A model generated the notes under the pieces. That model was not told the DNA's origin, ran no database searches, and was given only the letters and a program-made list of their open reading frames with translations. From Laetmonice hystrix (Eukaryota), in the NCBI GenBank assembly GCA_965235115.1, contig OZ249436.1, forward strand, positions 7,380,001-7,444,000: 64,000 nucleotides of DNA, in the 5' to 3' direction. Below are positions 14,436-25,471 of the stretch, in pieces. The stretch's first letter is position 1. Every line of letters starts with the position of its first letter. A program made the position numbers and the translations under genes.

Positions 14436-14696
14436 CAGGCGCGTGTCCAGAGGGGGGGTCCGGACCCCCCCCCCTGCTCCCACAGAGCATAGATTTTTTC
14501 TAGGAATTCCGGCCGTTTTGAACCCGTTCAGCGATTTTTTCTAAGCATTTCCGCCGTTTTGAACCTGTTGATCGATGAATCTACAAAATATAATTCCCTA
14601 AAATGGCCCCTAAATGGCGGGAATCGCGTTTCAGAGCTTCTAATTTAAAAAAAAAATCTGAGACCCCCCCTGCTGAAAATCCTGGACACGCGCCTG
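14436..14696. mobile_element. MITE (non-autonomous DNA transposon), CAGG termini, 5-bp TSD
   Basis: Perfect 15-bp TIR CAGGCGCGTGTCCAG / CTGGACACGCGCCTG, flanked by direct repeat CAAAG (14431-14435 and 14697-14701). Confidence 0.92.
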
Positions 14697-17578
14697 CAAA
14701 GGTGGTAAAGTTCTGATCTATACCTCCTCACAAACCGATTACAATGTGGGTTCAACTGCACAGAATGTATGGATCATATTATGGCCTAACGTTCATCACC
14801 GTTAGTGCAAAATCCCTACCATTATAATGATAAAGGTTCTAAATGCTCTTACAGACAAAGCACAGTAGAAAAACGCCATTCGAACCTGACTTGTACTCGC
14901 CCTCCTGACAAAGCGCTAATGGGTAGGTCCATTACTTCTTCAAGGCTACCAACGCTGCCATACAACAGCGATATATTGGTATTTGATACACATAGATACT
15001 CGCAAGCTCTCTTCACCCAATCTCCTGTGCAGATTTATTGCACACAACAAAGTAACAGAAATTGACGCTGTAAATTATACAGCCAATGGCAAATTGGTTG
15101 ATTCTCATGAGTGTTTTATTTAAAGGAAGAGATATACAAAATGGATACGAGCTATACCAAATGTAAGGATAGCACACTGCATACATCACAGAATCGGACT
15201 TTTTTTTCACACCGTATACCGTCATCATTGAATTGCCCCTAACCTATAGAATTCAGGTTTGGGTTGGCAATCAGAGACAGAATCCAACAAACTTGGGGCA
15301 TTGCAATAAAAACGTGCCTTGGCTGGCCTCAACTGGCCTGGTTCTATGTTTTCACCTGTCTAATATATCTGGGTCCTCGAGTTTTTATGAGGACCTTGTA
15401 GACAAGCTGCACTATTCTGGAAACATTTTCTCTGTACAGGTTGAAACTGGAGAATGTTGACATACGCAGGTGTTATTTGTTGGAGGCCATAACCCTCACA
15501 ATACTAGGGGTGTCGTAGTAATGACGAAATGACATGTCTATCACATGGGTCAAGACAAAGTTCAGTCTACCTGCGCCCTGGGACGTAATTTCAGAATGCA
15601 ATACGACTTTTATCCATTCCTTGTAAAAAGTTCAGGAGGTTGCTCATTGGAGCTCACCATCTCTGGAATGTATGTCGGTAGTTTGAGGCGGGGGGGGGGG
15701 GTGTAAAACAGGCTATAATAGAGGGCGGCACAACCCCGCCTTACACTTGCTTCTCCAGCATGCTCATAGAGCCAACAACTTGTAAACTTTTCTGGCTGGC
15801 TGGCTTGTCAGGGGAAACCACTTTCCAGCACACTTGTGTTATCTCTGGCCACATGTTGCCGTGGCTACAGGTGCAAGGTCAAGGCTGCTAGGCACACTCG
15901 GGATTTCTCGGGCTGTCAGTTAGTCTGCACGTCTCTTGCTCTTTAAAGATGTCGCTCAGGAAACCCATGAATGGCTTTTCCTAATCGTCCCGTTGGCAGC
16001 TATACAAGTACTCTTTCTCCTGTTATAGTACACTCTATAGTCTCACAAAGTTCATTCAAAAAGTTGTGCATTATCTCCCCCCCTTCCCAAGTATAAAGTG
16101 ATTTCTACCTTCCCAAGGCGTCCATTCATCCATCCGATTCTCAAGTACCACCTCAATCACACCACCTCAATCACACCTATGTAAAGTACCGCCTCATTTA
16201 CAGCTATCCTCTTTGGTTGAGAGAGATCACAGGACAGATATCACTGAAGGCGTGTCAACATACTGCCGCTACTCTCAAGATATATTATCTTCTTGAAGAC
16301 CACCCACTGAAACATATACCATCTTACGTCTGATGCCGTGCAATGTTGCCTCTGAATGCTGGAGAAAATATGGCCTTGTTTTCAACACCGAAAAAGGCTA
16401 ACTCTTACCTCCAGCTTTAGGCCTCATTCCATTTAGGTTTCAAAAACTATGAGGCAAGAAATACGTCTCCTTTAAAAAACAGATAAAAAGGAAAGGCTCT
16501 TCCAAAAGAAGTGTGGACAAAATGAGGTTTAGTAAACAGATTTCCCGGACCTTTCTTTTATTTTTTTCCACCTAATTCCTGGGAGGATTTCTCCTCTATC
16601 ATCAATTACCCACTGCTATCTCCACTAGTAAGTTTTTGCTCCTACTTGTTGACAGGTGCTTGTGATGTGACACCTGACCGGTTTACCTGGAGTCAGGGGG
16701 GTAGGGGATGGGAAGACAAGTTACCAGGGAGATGACCCTCACCCCGGGAGAGGTCCCTAGGATGTCAGACGGAAACCATATGGTGATCTCCTGTCATCAG
16801 AATGTCGGCGTTCTTCTCAAACATCTCGAGCGTTCCTATCCCCCATCAAACGTCCTTACAAAGGGGAATCTCACTCTCATTAGTCACCTCCGGCGTGTAG
16901 CACACAGACAACAACCCAGACAGACCACTGACTCACGACGACACAGAACTTTCTACATTAAGCAGATTCCAACTGATGCTGCTTCAGCTATTTTCTTTAC
17001 ATCAAATTATTTGTACACCCTGATATAAAACATATGTCACCGGGTTTCCTGCTCTCATGTGCAGATCCCAGCTGAGTTCAATGTACGAATACGAAAGAAC
17101 TGGCAGGGTGATTTGACACCCTGCATGCCCACTTGCCAGTCAGGGGGAGGTATCTCACAAACCCCCCTGCTTTAAATTAAGCAGAGGCTAAGACTTGAAT
17201 AAAATTTTATATTTGTACTAAGAGAATTCGAGGATACAATATTAACCTGTAGATGGTACAAAAGGATTGTCTTTACGGAAAACCTACTAGAATAAACCGT
17301 ATCTTTCATGACCTGTTTTCATCGACGCCCGCAGATTGCTCTGGTCCTAATAGTTCAAAGGATCATGATGATCATAATAAGATACGGCTTAAATAATCCT
17401 TTAAAAATTTCTCATGCTTTTCTTTTACAATGAAATAAATACACATGCTTTAAGTTCTTGAATAATGGAGTTTTCAAGAGAACTATGTGGCGTGATCGGA
17501 ATTCCTCTCAGATGTATGGATAGGGTGGTCTGATAGAGAAAGAAATGAGCAGACAGTTGTTTTTATGGTTGAACTTAC

Positions 17579-18362
17579 CAGGTGGCGAGACTGCTAACGT
17601 CTGTGGGGGGTTTGGTGGGACATTCTGCACCGTAGCGCAGGCCATCTTGCTGCGCTTCCATAATACTGAGCTGAGGCGTGCCCGGATGAGCCGACTGGAC
17701 TGGACCACAGATACACCGACCCCATTGCTACCTGACGTCACCGGGCTACTACTGCTGCCAGTCCCGGCACTGGCTACCACTGTCGTGTTGGTCGGAGTCT
17801 GTGTGGTGGTGACAGTACCAGTGGTACAGGTGACAGTTCCACTGCTGGTCGGGGTAGTCGGGGCGGTATTTAACACACTAGTGGAGACTTTCGGAGTTGT
17901 TCCAGCCTGAGAAGCGGGTTTGGGCTTTAAGTTCGAGTTGCTGGCAGTGGTCGAGGTGGAGGTGGGGGGAAGGGCCGAAGGTCTTGCTACTCCGTTCCTG
18001 GAGGCAGGCGACACTGACGACTTGGACGCCGCCGAGGACCTGGAGGAACCCTGGCTTAGCTTTGCCTTCTTGCTCTCTGAGCCTCCTCCGGTCCCGCCAC
18101 CACCTCCGCCACCGCCACCTCCCGACCCGGCCTTGGGGGCCGGCCGGGGCCCATCCACCCGAGCACGCTTCTTGGCTACCTTGGTGCCGGTATTCGCAAT
18201 CTTGTTCTTGACTTTGCTGCCAGTAAATCCAGTGGTACGAGGATTGTCACAAGCAAGCGTGGTGGTACTAGTGGAGGGAATGGTGGTGCCGTTTGTGGGC
18301 AACACACCCAGTGTGAGCACGGAGCTGTGCTGATCCTGCAGGCCCTTGGTGACAGCATGGAG
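17579..18362 (-). CDS. Coding-like part of a large first exon: S/T/G-rich disordered segment with NLS-like motifs, then MACATVQNVPPNPPQTLAVSPP; gene unidentified
   Basis: 261 stop-free codons (ORF track 17508..18320) with low-complexity S/T/G composition, a poly-Gly tract and basic motifs KKRARV and KKAKL. The first in-frame ATG is at 17645 in strong context (aagATGG). A consensus donor CCTG|GTAAGT at 17578 (phase 1) coincides with a drop in GC content. Confidence 0.7.
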
Positions 18363-18780
18363 TCATGGCCGGGGCACACTCCCATTCGATATACTACTCG
18401 ACGCTGAGCTCGCCATCAGTCTGTCACTCTCTCCAAGACACAGGTGACAGACAGAAGGTCCCAGGGCCCGGAGTACTTTACCAACACCCTTCACACATCG
18501 GACCACGCCAAGTCCAGCCTGGTCAGCTCGGCCTGTCAACTGAAGCTGTGTCCGTGCTCGCCAAACGTACTTTCCGTCTCCTCCTCCCGGGGCAAGGGTC
18601 GAGGGCAGGCAGGCTTGGGCCGGAGGGCCGTCGACCCAGTCAGAGAGTGGCCGAGGGGACGCTTGTAGTAGTAATAGTAGTAGTAGTAGAAGACTGGCGT
18701 TGTGGGGGCAAGCTACTTGATTTCTGGCTTGCTCACCTACTCCTCATGTAGATGACTATACTGCCAGTACAGTACACTAA
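18363..18780 (-). promoter_or_regulatory. Candidate 5' leader with multiple upstream AUGs/uORFs and a (CTA)n tract
   Basis: ATGs at 18747 (MRSR*), 18498 (MCEGCW*), 18416 (MASSASSSISNGSVPRP*), 18385 (69 aa) and 18366 (32 aa), plus one just downstream at 18358. Inr-like TTAGT at 18780-18776. Confidence 0.5.
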
Positions 18781-19480
18781 GGTAGCCGTGGCAGCGGAGG
18801 CAAGCTTCCCCCATCAGCTGTTGTGTCAGCTGGTCTACAGCACCTCCAGCGTATATCTACAGGGTAATGCCTCTCTCTCCTCTCTGGCCCTCACTCTCCC
18901 TGGCCCGCCTACTGCTCCTCCAACACACGCCACTGGCCGCGCCCACTTCTAGGGGTGGCAGCCTCTGTCCTAGAACTTCTAGGAACTCACTCACTTTTCG
19001 TTGCTTCAGCCGCTGAGGCCAGCTCAACCCTTCAGCAACTTTAAGTCACCCTTTCTGTCACCGTTATAACGGCTGTCATCTCCTCTCTGGCTGTTTACGG
19101 GTGGCTTTCTAGGGATGTACTTAGAATGAGAGATTTTCGTCTTAAAGCTATTGAAGAGATTCGTACAAATGAGGTCATGTGCGTGCGGCGGGGGCTGGTG
19201 TTGACAAGTAGTCATGACTTTCTGGTCAGCAGAGGGTCTGACCCTGAGACGGGAATCACTGACTGTGGAAGTTTCATGACATCATTTCTTGACCTGACCA
19301 GTGGTAGGGATGTAACGATATCTTTACATCATTCACTGCCGTAAATTATCACATTGCGGGTGAACGACCGTGGGGCTACTGCCAACACCCCTCTGTCTAG
19401 CGGGTGTTTTGGCCTCTCCCTTCTGCCCTGTCCACACCAGGAGGGCACCGGGCAGTGGGGGCGGGGCGGGGCACGTGGTC
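18780..19480 (-). promoter_or_regulatory. Candidate promoter region of the minus-strand gene
   Basis: GC boxes (GGGGCGGGGCGGGG 19458-19471) adjacent to CACGTG (19472-19477), paired CAGCTG E-boxes near 18815-18832, and a GA-rich tract. Quasi-palindrome TCCTAGAACTTCTAGGA (18968-18984). Inr-like TCAGT (19262-19258) and TTAGT (18780-18776). Confidence 0.45.
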
Positions 19481-20391
19481 TTCATTAATCACAAACAAAA
19501 ACATAACATCACAAACTAAACCAAGTTACACCAGCTCTGATACCTGGCGACAAACAACTTTATAAAGATACCTTACAACTCAAGGGAAACTACAGATCAA
19601 CTACAGATAACGTCTCGATCCCACGTATACTTATTCTGCCGGGCCGGTCATGTCAGGGCACCCGTGGTTTTACACCCCACGGGTCCGGCTCGCCCCCCTC
19701 CCCACACAAACAGGCAGGGTTACGTGCCCTGGAAGTGGTGACCCCCCCCCCCCTGATGGACCTCCTAATTGGTCTCACAGCATGGCGCCACTCATTATGG
19801 CGACTTCGTTCCCCTTATAAACAAAGGCCACATCTTATCATGCAGATACCTTAATACACAAGGTAAACATAAACCTTAACAAGAAAGGGAAAAATATATT
19901 TAATGCCAATATAACTGAGACAATTATAGCAGGGAAGAGTTAATATAAAATGTAGAGATACTATCCACGGAATACGGCTAGCCTGGATCCAATTAGTTCA
20001 GTTTGTGAAAACAGGGTCTCGTGACCAGACTCTGAACAGGCAAAGTTAAGACTTTTAAAAAAGATTTAGATTTAAAAGAGAAAAAAAAGTTAGGATTGAC
20101 GGGGACCACGCCTTCCAGGGTTTGGACCGAACCGTACGATGTATTTAAGGTGAAACAAATCTCAAGCACATAAAAACAATACTGTTGCTATGGCTTTCTC
20201 CCTCAGCCCCTGGCCTGATCGCGACTGTATGTGATATCATGTCATAATACCGGGAGTACAGCTGCACTAGCTCCATGCAAACAGCTGGCTGATCAGCTGG
20301 GCATGCCAACAGTTTCCTTTTTTCTGTGGCAGTTTTTGGCTGTAAATGTCTGGTTCATCATAGAACACTTCTGAAGATCCTTCACCGCCTT

Positions 20392-20457
20392 CCCTCTGGA
20401 ACAGACCCTAGACCCTCTGGAACAGACCCTAGACCCTCTGAAACAGACCCTAGACCC
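20392..20457. repeat. 21-bp tandem repeat, 3 copies
   Basis: CCCTCTG(G/A)AACAGACCCTAGA x3. Confidence 0.95.
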
Positions 20458-23400
20458 AAGGATCTCTGAGTCAGTCCTATAAGGCCAAGCTTTCCTGTTC
20501 TCTCAAATCTCTGGGTTGAAAGACCCATGATCTACTCAATCCCCCTAGTGGACATTAATGGAACTGCTAGATTGAAGCGCCAACTGCTGAACGTGTACTT
20601 CCAGCGGTAAATGGCTGCAAGCCAAACATGGCTACACTTAGACTGCCACCTGGAGGAAAAGTTAGGACTGTTCCAGGCGTTCAGGATTCTAATCTGGTCG
20701 TTTCGTTGTGAAGGGAAACGGCTATTTATGTATTCATCCTCTCCCGGGGATACTTCAGTTTGATATTACTGGCCACACTTGTACTTGACTCTTGGCAAGA
20801 ATAACTACGCAGGGGTGAGAAACTTATGATGCTTGGCATCTTTCCATTGTGATATACATTCTGCCGGAGCCCTAAGACTGCACTGATCGAGAGAAAGCAT
20901 ATCCACAGAGAGCCTCCGCTTTAATCATACTTGCCTTACAGTGCGACTCGAACCCTCCGCCCGTTGACAATCTACCCCCACCCCTCCCTACCCATGCACA
21001 CTTGTGGCGGTACAGGCAGGAGACACCCAGCTGTTCTGTGGCACGTGCCACGTCAGTACCCGGCACGAGCGCGGTCCCATTGGTCTACACAGTCGTCTGC
21101 TGATCTGCCATTGGCCAGCGTTGTTACCAAGGATGTGAATGGAGCGAGCCATCGCTGTGCCAACGACCCAATCAACTGAAGGAGATTCTAAAAGGTTCTT
21201 GGACCGCCTCCATACATTGCTCCATCCTCGAACCTTCTTGAACTTTCTAGATTAATGAAGGATCAGGTCCCACGCACAGAACGACGTTCTTTCTATCACA
21301 ACCTGCAACAATCACATACAAAGGTGAAAGTGCGTTCTCGCTCCCTTGTACTTGATACTTGAGCAGTGCATTTTGTTTTATTTGGATAACTACCTCCTGT
21401 GGGGTTCGCCCTCCTCACTCCTTGTCCATTTGATACTACCATGTACTAACGCGTACACTCTCTTATAAATGTAAAATCTGTCCTCAAGATAAACAGAGGT
21501 CCAGAGTGAGTGTTTACTCAGCACCATACATTTTCAGTAGACTTTTCAGTAGTCCTATGGTTGTGTTCAATCTATATCTTGCCACGGGAACAGGATTTAG
21601 CGTTATACAAAATACCTCCTGCCCTAACTGTTATACACACCAGGCTGGGATAAATGGCTGACAACCCACCATTTGGCCCAGGTAACACATCATTTGATTT
21701 CAGCGAGCATGAGTAAAATACTGTTACCCATGAAACAGCCATAAATTATATCATTATATTATACGCTGGACTTGATAAAGTTAATGTTATAAAAGTTAAA
21801 CTGATGAAACTACCAAGCAAGTAAGCAACACGTGTGGACACGCCGAGCAAATAACGACACGAATGCGTTTCACAACCATCGTTATCATGTCGTGCGTTAA
21901 AATCCCCATTAAATACATTTGCGTTAACGATACGACAAACTAACGACAGGTTAATGCAGAAACTAGTTCCAGAGAACAAGAAAATGTAAAATGAAATTTC
22001 ACCCAGCTGAATCCTCTGACCCAAACTCTACTTGAACTTATAGGATCCTTTTGTAGACACAACCTTTCTGTTAGATTTTGATATCTTAACAACCACTTAT
22101 CCCGGTGTAAACTATTATGTAAATATATATGTACATGCGTGCCAACATGCACGAGTACAGTGGTCACGGTGGGCACCACGTTAGTTGAAACAAGAAACGC
22201 GAAACTGTTATTATAGTGGTGTATGGTAAACAGCCCTGACTGGAAATGGCTCAATCTTTTTGAGCCATTCCCATTTCAAAAGCAGCCAGATGACCGTTAT
22301 AGGAGCCATCCTTAGAGCGGGCCAATGAAGACCGAATTACGTTGTTAAAACGAAACAGCCGCGTACTGAGTACCAGAAACCTCCCAGCCTTCGATCAAAC
22401 CGCACACACCATACTCCCTTATTACCGTTTTCCACCACACAGCAGCAGGCAGCAGCAGGCAGCAGCAGCAACAGTTGACAGCTAATTCTTCAGCCCATAT
22501 GCTGTCAACAACTCAGTAAATTTCCTGGTCGTTTCAGGTTTTGAGTTTGACAGGTGCTGTCAGCCTATGCCTCATTTTATGTTTATACAACAATATTTTT
22601 AACAACAAAACAGTGAGGATCCAAAAAACAAACAAAAAATATCCATGCTGCAAAGTATTTGACCTAATAACAAGATGACACCTGTGGGAGGTTTCTACTT
22701 TGGCTCAGGTATTTTTCTCCAAGGGATACCCAATCTCTAGGCTCCTCACTCGTTGAAACCTCAGTTACCAATCTCAGGACAGGTAAGGTGGCTTTAGTAC
22801 GAGTCAAACTGCTCTTATCTAAACAACCTTACTAACTAGACAGTCACTAAAGTTAGTTTTTGATTAAGGAAGACATAAATTCCAAATCTGCAAGGGGACA
22901 GGTCGAGAAGGGTCGTTAGTAAACCGAGTAAAATACACCTGGACTTATAATGCTCTATCGATTAAAACACAAACAAAAAACAACGTTACAACAATAAACT
23001 GATAAATATAGACCAAGAACAAACGGAAAGTAGAAAGGAGAAGTTTATACGAGTAACGGTGAGGGACGGTAAACATGAGCCAACACCCATGACAAGAGAC
23101 CATCAGAGGATGGAGCCTGTGCTCCGCTGGCCGACAGTGCTGACACCTGGACAAGAGTCTGGGAACTGCTGTCAGCACTCAGTTGCTCACATCTCTCTCT
23201 GATTGCTACCACACAGACCCGGCGTACCCTCAACCTTCCCCCTCACCCTGCCCTCTCCCACCTACCAAACTCCCTTCACCTTCCAAAGGGGACCTTCTTC
23301 TACAATGAGACCACCAAAAAGATATCGTTCAGGCTCAATATTTGGTTCAGGATGATAACGAAAAACACAAACAAATCTTGACAGCGCAGGTTCGACTCAG

Positions 23401-25384
23401 TGGATGTTCTACCAAAACATGTTCTAACTAAAATCCTCTAACTATATGTGAATGTACTCCTAAATATGGCAAGTGGAATATGGCTGCATTTAAGACTTTC
23501 TCGTAAAAATTGTTACTCTGTGATCCGACTTGAAGCCAGCGTTCGACCCAAAAATTGAGTCAATCGCCACTTTTCATCTATCAGCCAAAATAAGGAGTTG
23601 GCTTTTACGTGCTTTTCAGATAAGTTCGAACACGTCAAACCTCATCAGGAAACTAAAAACCAACCCAAACCGTCACTGAAGTACAGAGAGATTTATAACG
23701 GCAGGTCAAAATCTGAACAATAAAACGGACCGCCTTACTTGTCTGCAGGTGTAACTTGACAGCTCACTCGTTTCGGAATACCATCTGCAAAAGACAAAAG
23801 TACGGGATTATTATTACACCATTCTGGAGTATCGTCTTTCTAATGAAAATGATCACGCTAGAATAAGCAATCATAAATATATCTCTTTTGTTCTGAAATA
23901 TGGCTGGCTGGAACAGCCAATAAAATTCATCGGGCAATGAACCGATGAATTTCATTGGAAAATAATAAATACTGTAATTAAAGAAAATGTAAAATTCAAT
24001 GAAAAAAATACCACCGATTGTGAAGGTTTCAAAATGTTAATTAGTATTTTCCTATTACATAAGTTATAAACTCACACACACCATGATAGTATACATTAAC
24101 AGACAAACACAAATAGGACGATGTCTGCCAATAACTTTCTCAACAGTCTTCCCGTTAGGGAAACCCTATGCCAGCCCTTTCCGACGTGTATCAGTCGTTT
24201 GGTAGAGATTGGAAATCGGTTTCCTGATCCCTCACTGTCAGACTTCCTTCACCCCACGTCTCCACCATCACATGCTCGGCAAACATATCAAACGACAGTC
24301 CAAATCTTTTTGTATATGAGGTGACCTTCACAGAAACTCTATCTATGACAGATTTATCGATATGAAAAAAAGTCTTGACTGTCAGGAATGTGACAAGATT
24401 GATTAAGCTAGATGTACCAAGCTATTTCTTCTACACGTGGCCAGACTTCAGAGCCCTGCTACGGAGAAAAGGCCGACCAATGGGTCACATCCAGTCAATC
24501 ACAATAACGCCCACGCCATTACTCAAAACACTCGATACCTTTTTCTGTATCACCCAAGTAGCAATTTTCATGACAGACTGATGAGAAAATTATCAATCTT
24601 ATTTTCTCTCTTTTACTACGTTAAATTAAATGCCGCTCTTGACTACACACTAAAGACTTTCCCCCTGAGAGCTGACTGGGAGTACGACGAAGGTTCTGTG
24701 TGGTAAATTCATAGCCATCAGGAGAAGAACCCCGAGGGGTTTGACTTGTATGACACGGCCCTGGCTATCGTTGGAATGTTCTACATATAACGGTCACAAA
24801 TCGACCTTTGATTTACTCTGTGCCACACTTCCTGTCCGTTTGATGACGCCCAACTCTACATCTCAAGGTCAAGAGGTCATGGCACTCCCTGGAGTGAGAC
24901 AGTCATGACCAGTGCTGTCACTTTCAGATAGGGAGCACTACTAATAATACTGTACCTGGTGTTATGAACCTTTTCCATTAGAAGCAATTCCATGGTAATT
25001 CCATCCATACTTGTAGGAAGACGGGGATAACGAATGAAAATGTTATGGGTGACACAAACACTTTAACTCAGTAATCATCCAGAAATTCGCGATAAGGTTG
25101 GGGAGATACACTCAGAAAATCTGTACAATGTCATGTTTATCGGTATGGATATTGTACATGAAGGGTTCCAAATACGTAGAAGGCCTGGAGAAAGAGAGCA
25201 AGCAATTAAATGTTGCTTCCAGAAAATGTAGGTCCTTTCCATTTTACCTTATTCCCAAAATCTACTTAGAAACATGCCTACATTCAAATGAACTGAAGAA
25301 AGCCTAGCAAAAACAAAAACCAGTAAAAAAGAAAACGTAGATGAGTAAAGGATTGACGTTTATCACGGTGACGTGTCATTAAGT

Positions 25385-25471
25385 GTTTACATTTCTCAAA
25401 TCGTTATATTGTAGATCTCAATGTGTAAGTTTACATTTCTCAAATCGTCCTATTGTAGATCTCGATGTGTA
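25385..25471. repeat. 44-bp direct duplication
   Basis: GTTTACATTTCTCAAATCGT..TATTGTAGATCTC.ATGTGTA at 25385 and 25429. Confidence 0.9.

Noticed and set aside
17579..17645. MACAT start recalls akirin (MACATLKR)
   Set aside because: The following residues do not match the akirin LKR...SPKRRRC motif, so no gene symbol was assigned.
17545..18333. Plus-strand ORFs (Val-rich, poly-Pro) overlapping the main exon
   Set aside because: These are antisense shadows of the low-complexity minus-strand frame; the splice donor and start context support the minus strand.
20930..21000. B-box-like GGTTCGAGTC on the minus strand (also GGTTCGACTC near 23389)
   Set aside because: No proper A box or cloverleaf; at most decayed SINE heads, not tRNA genes.
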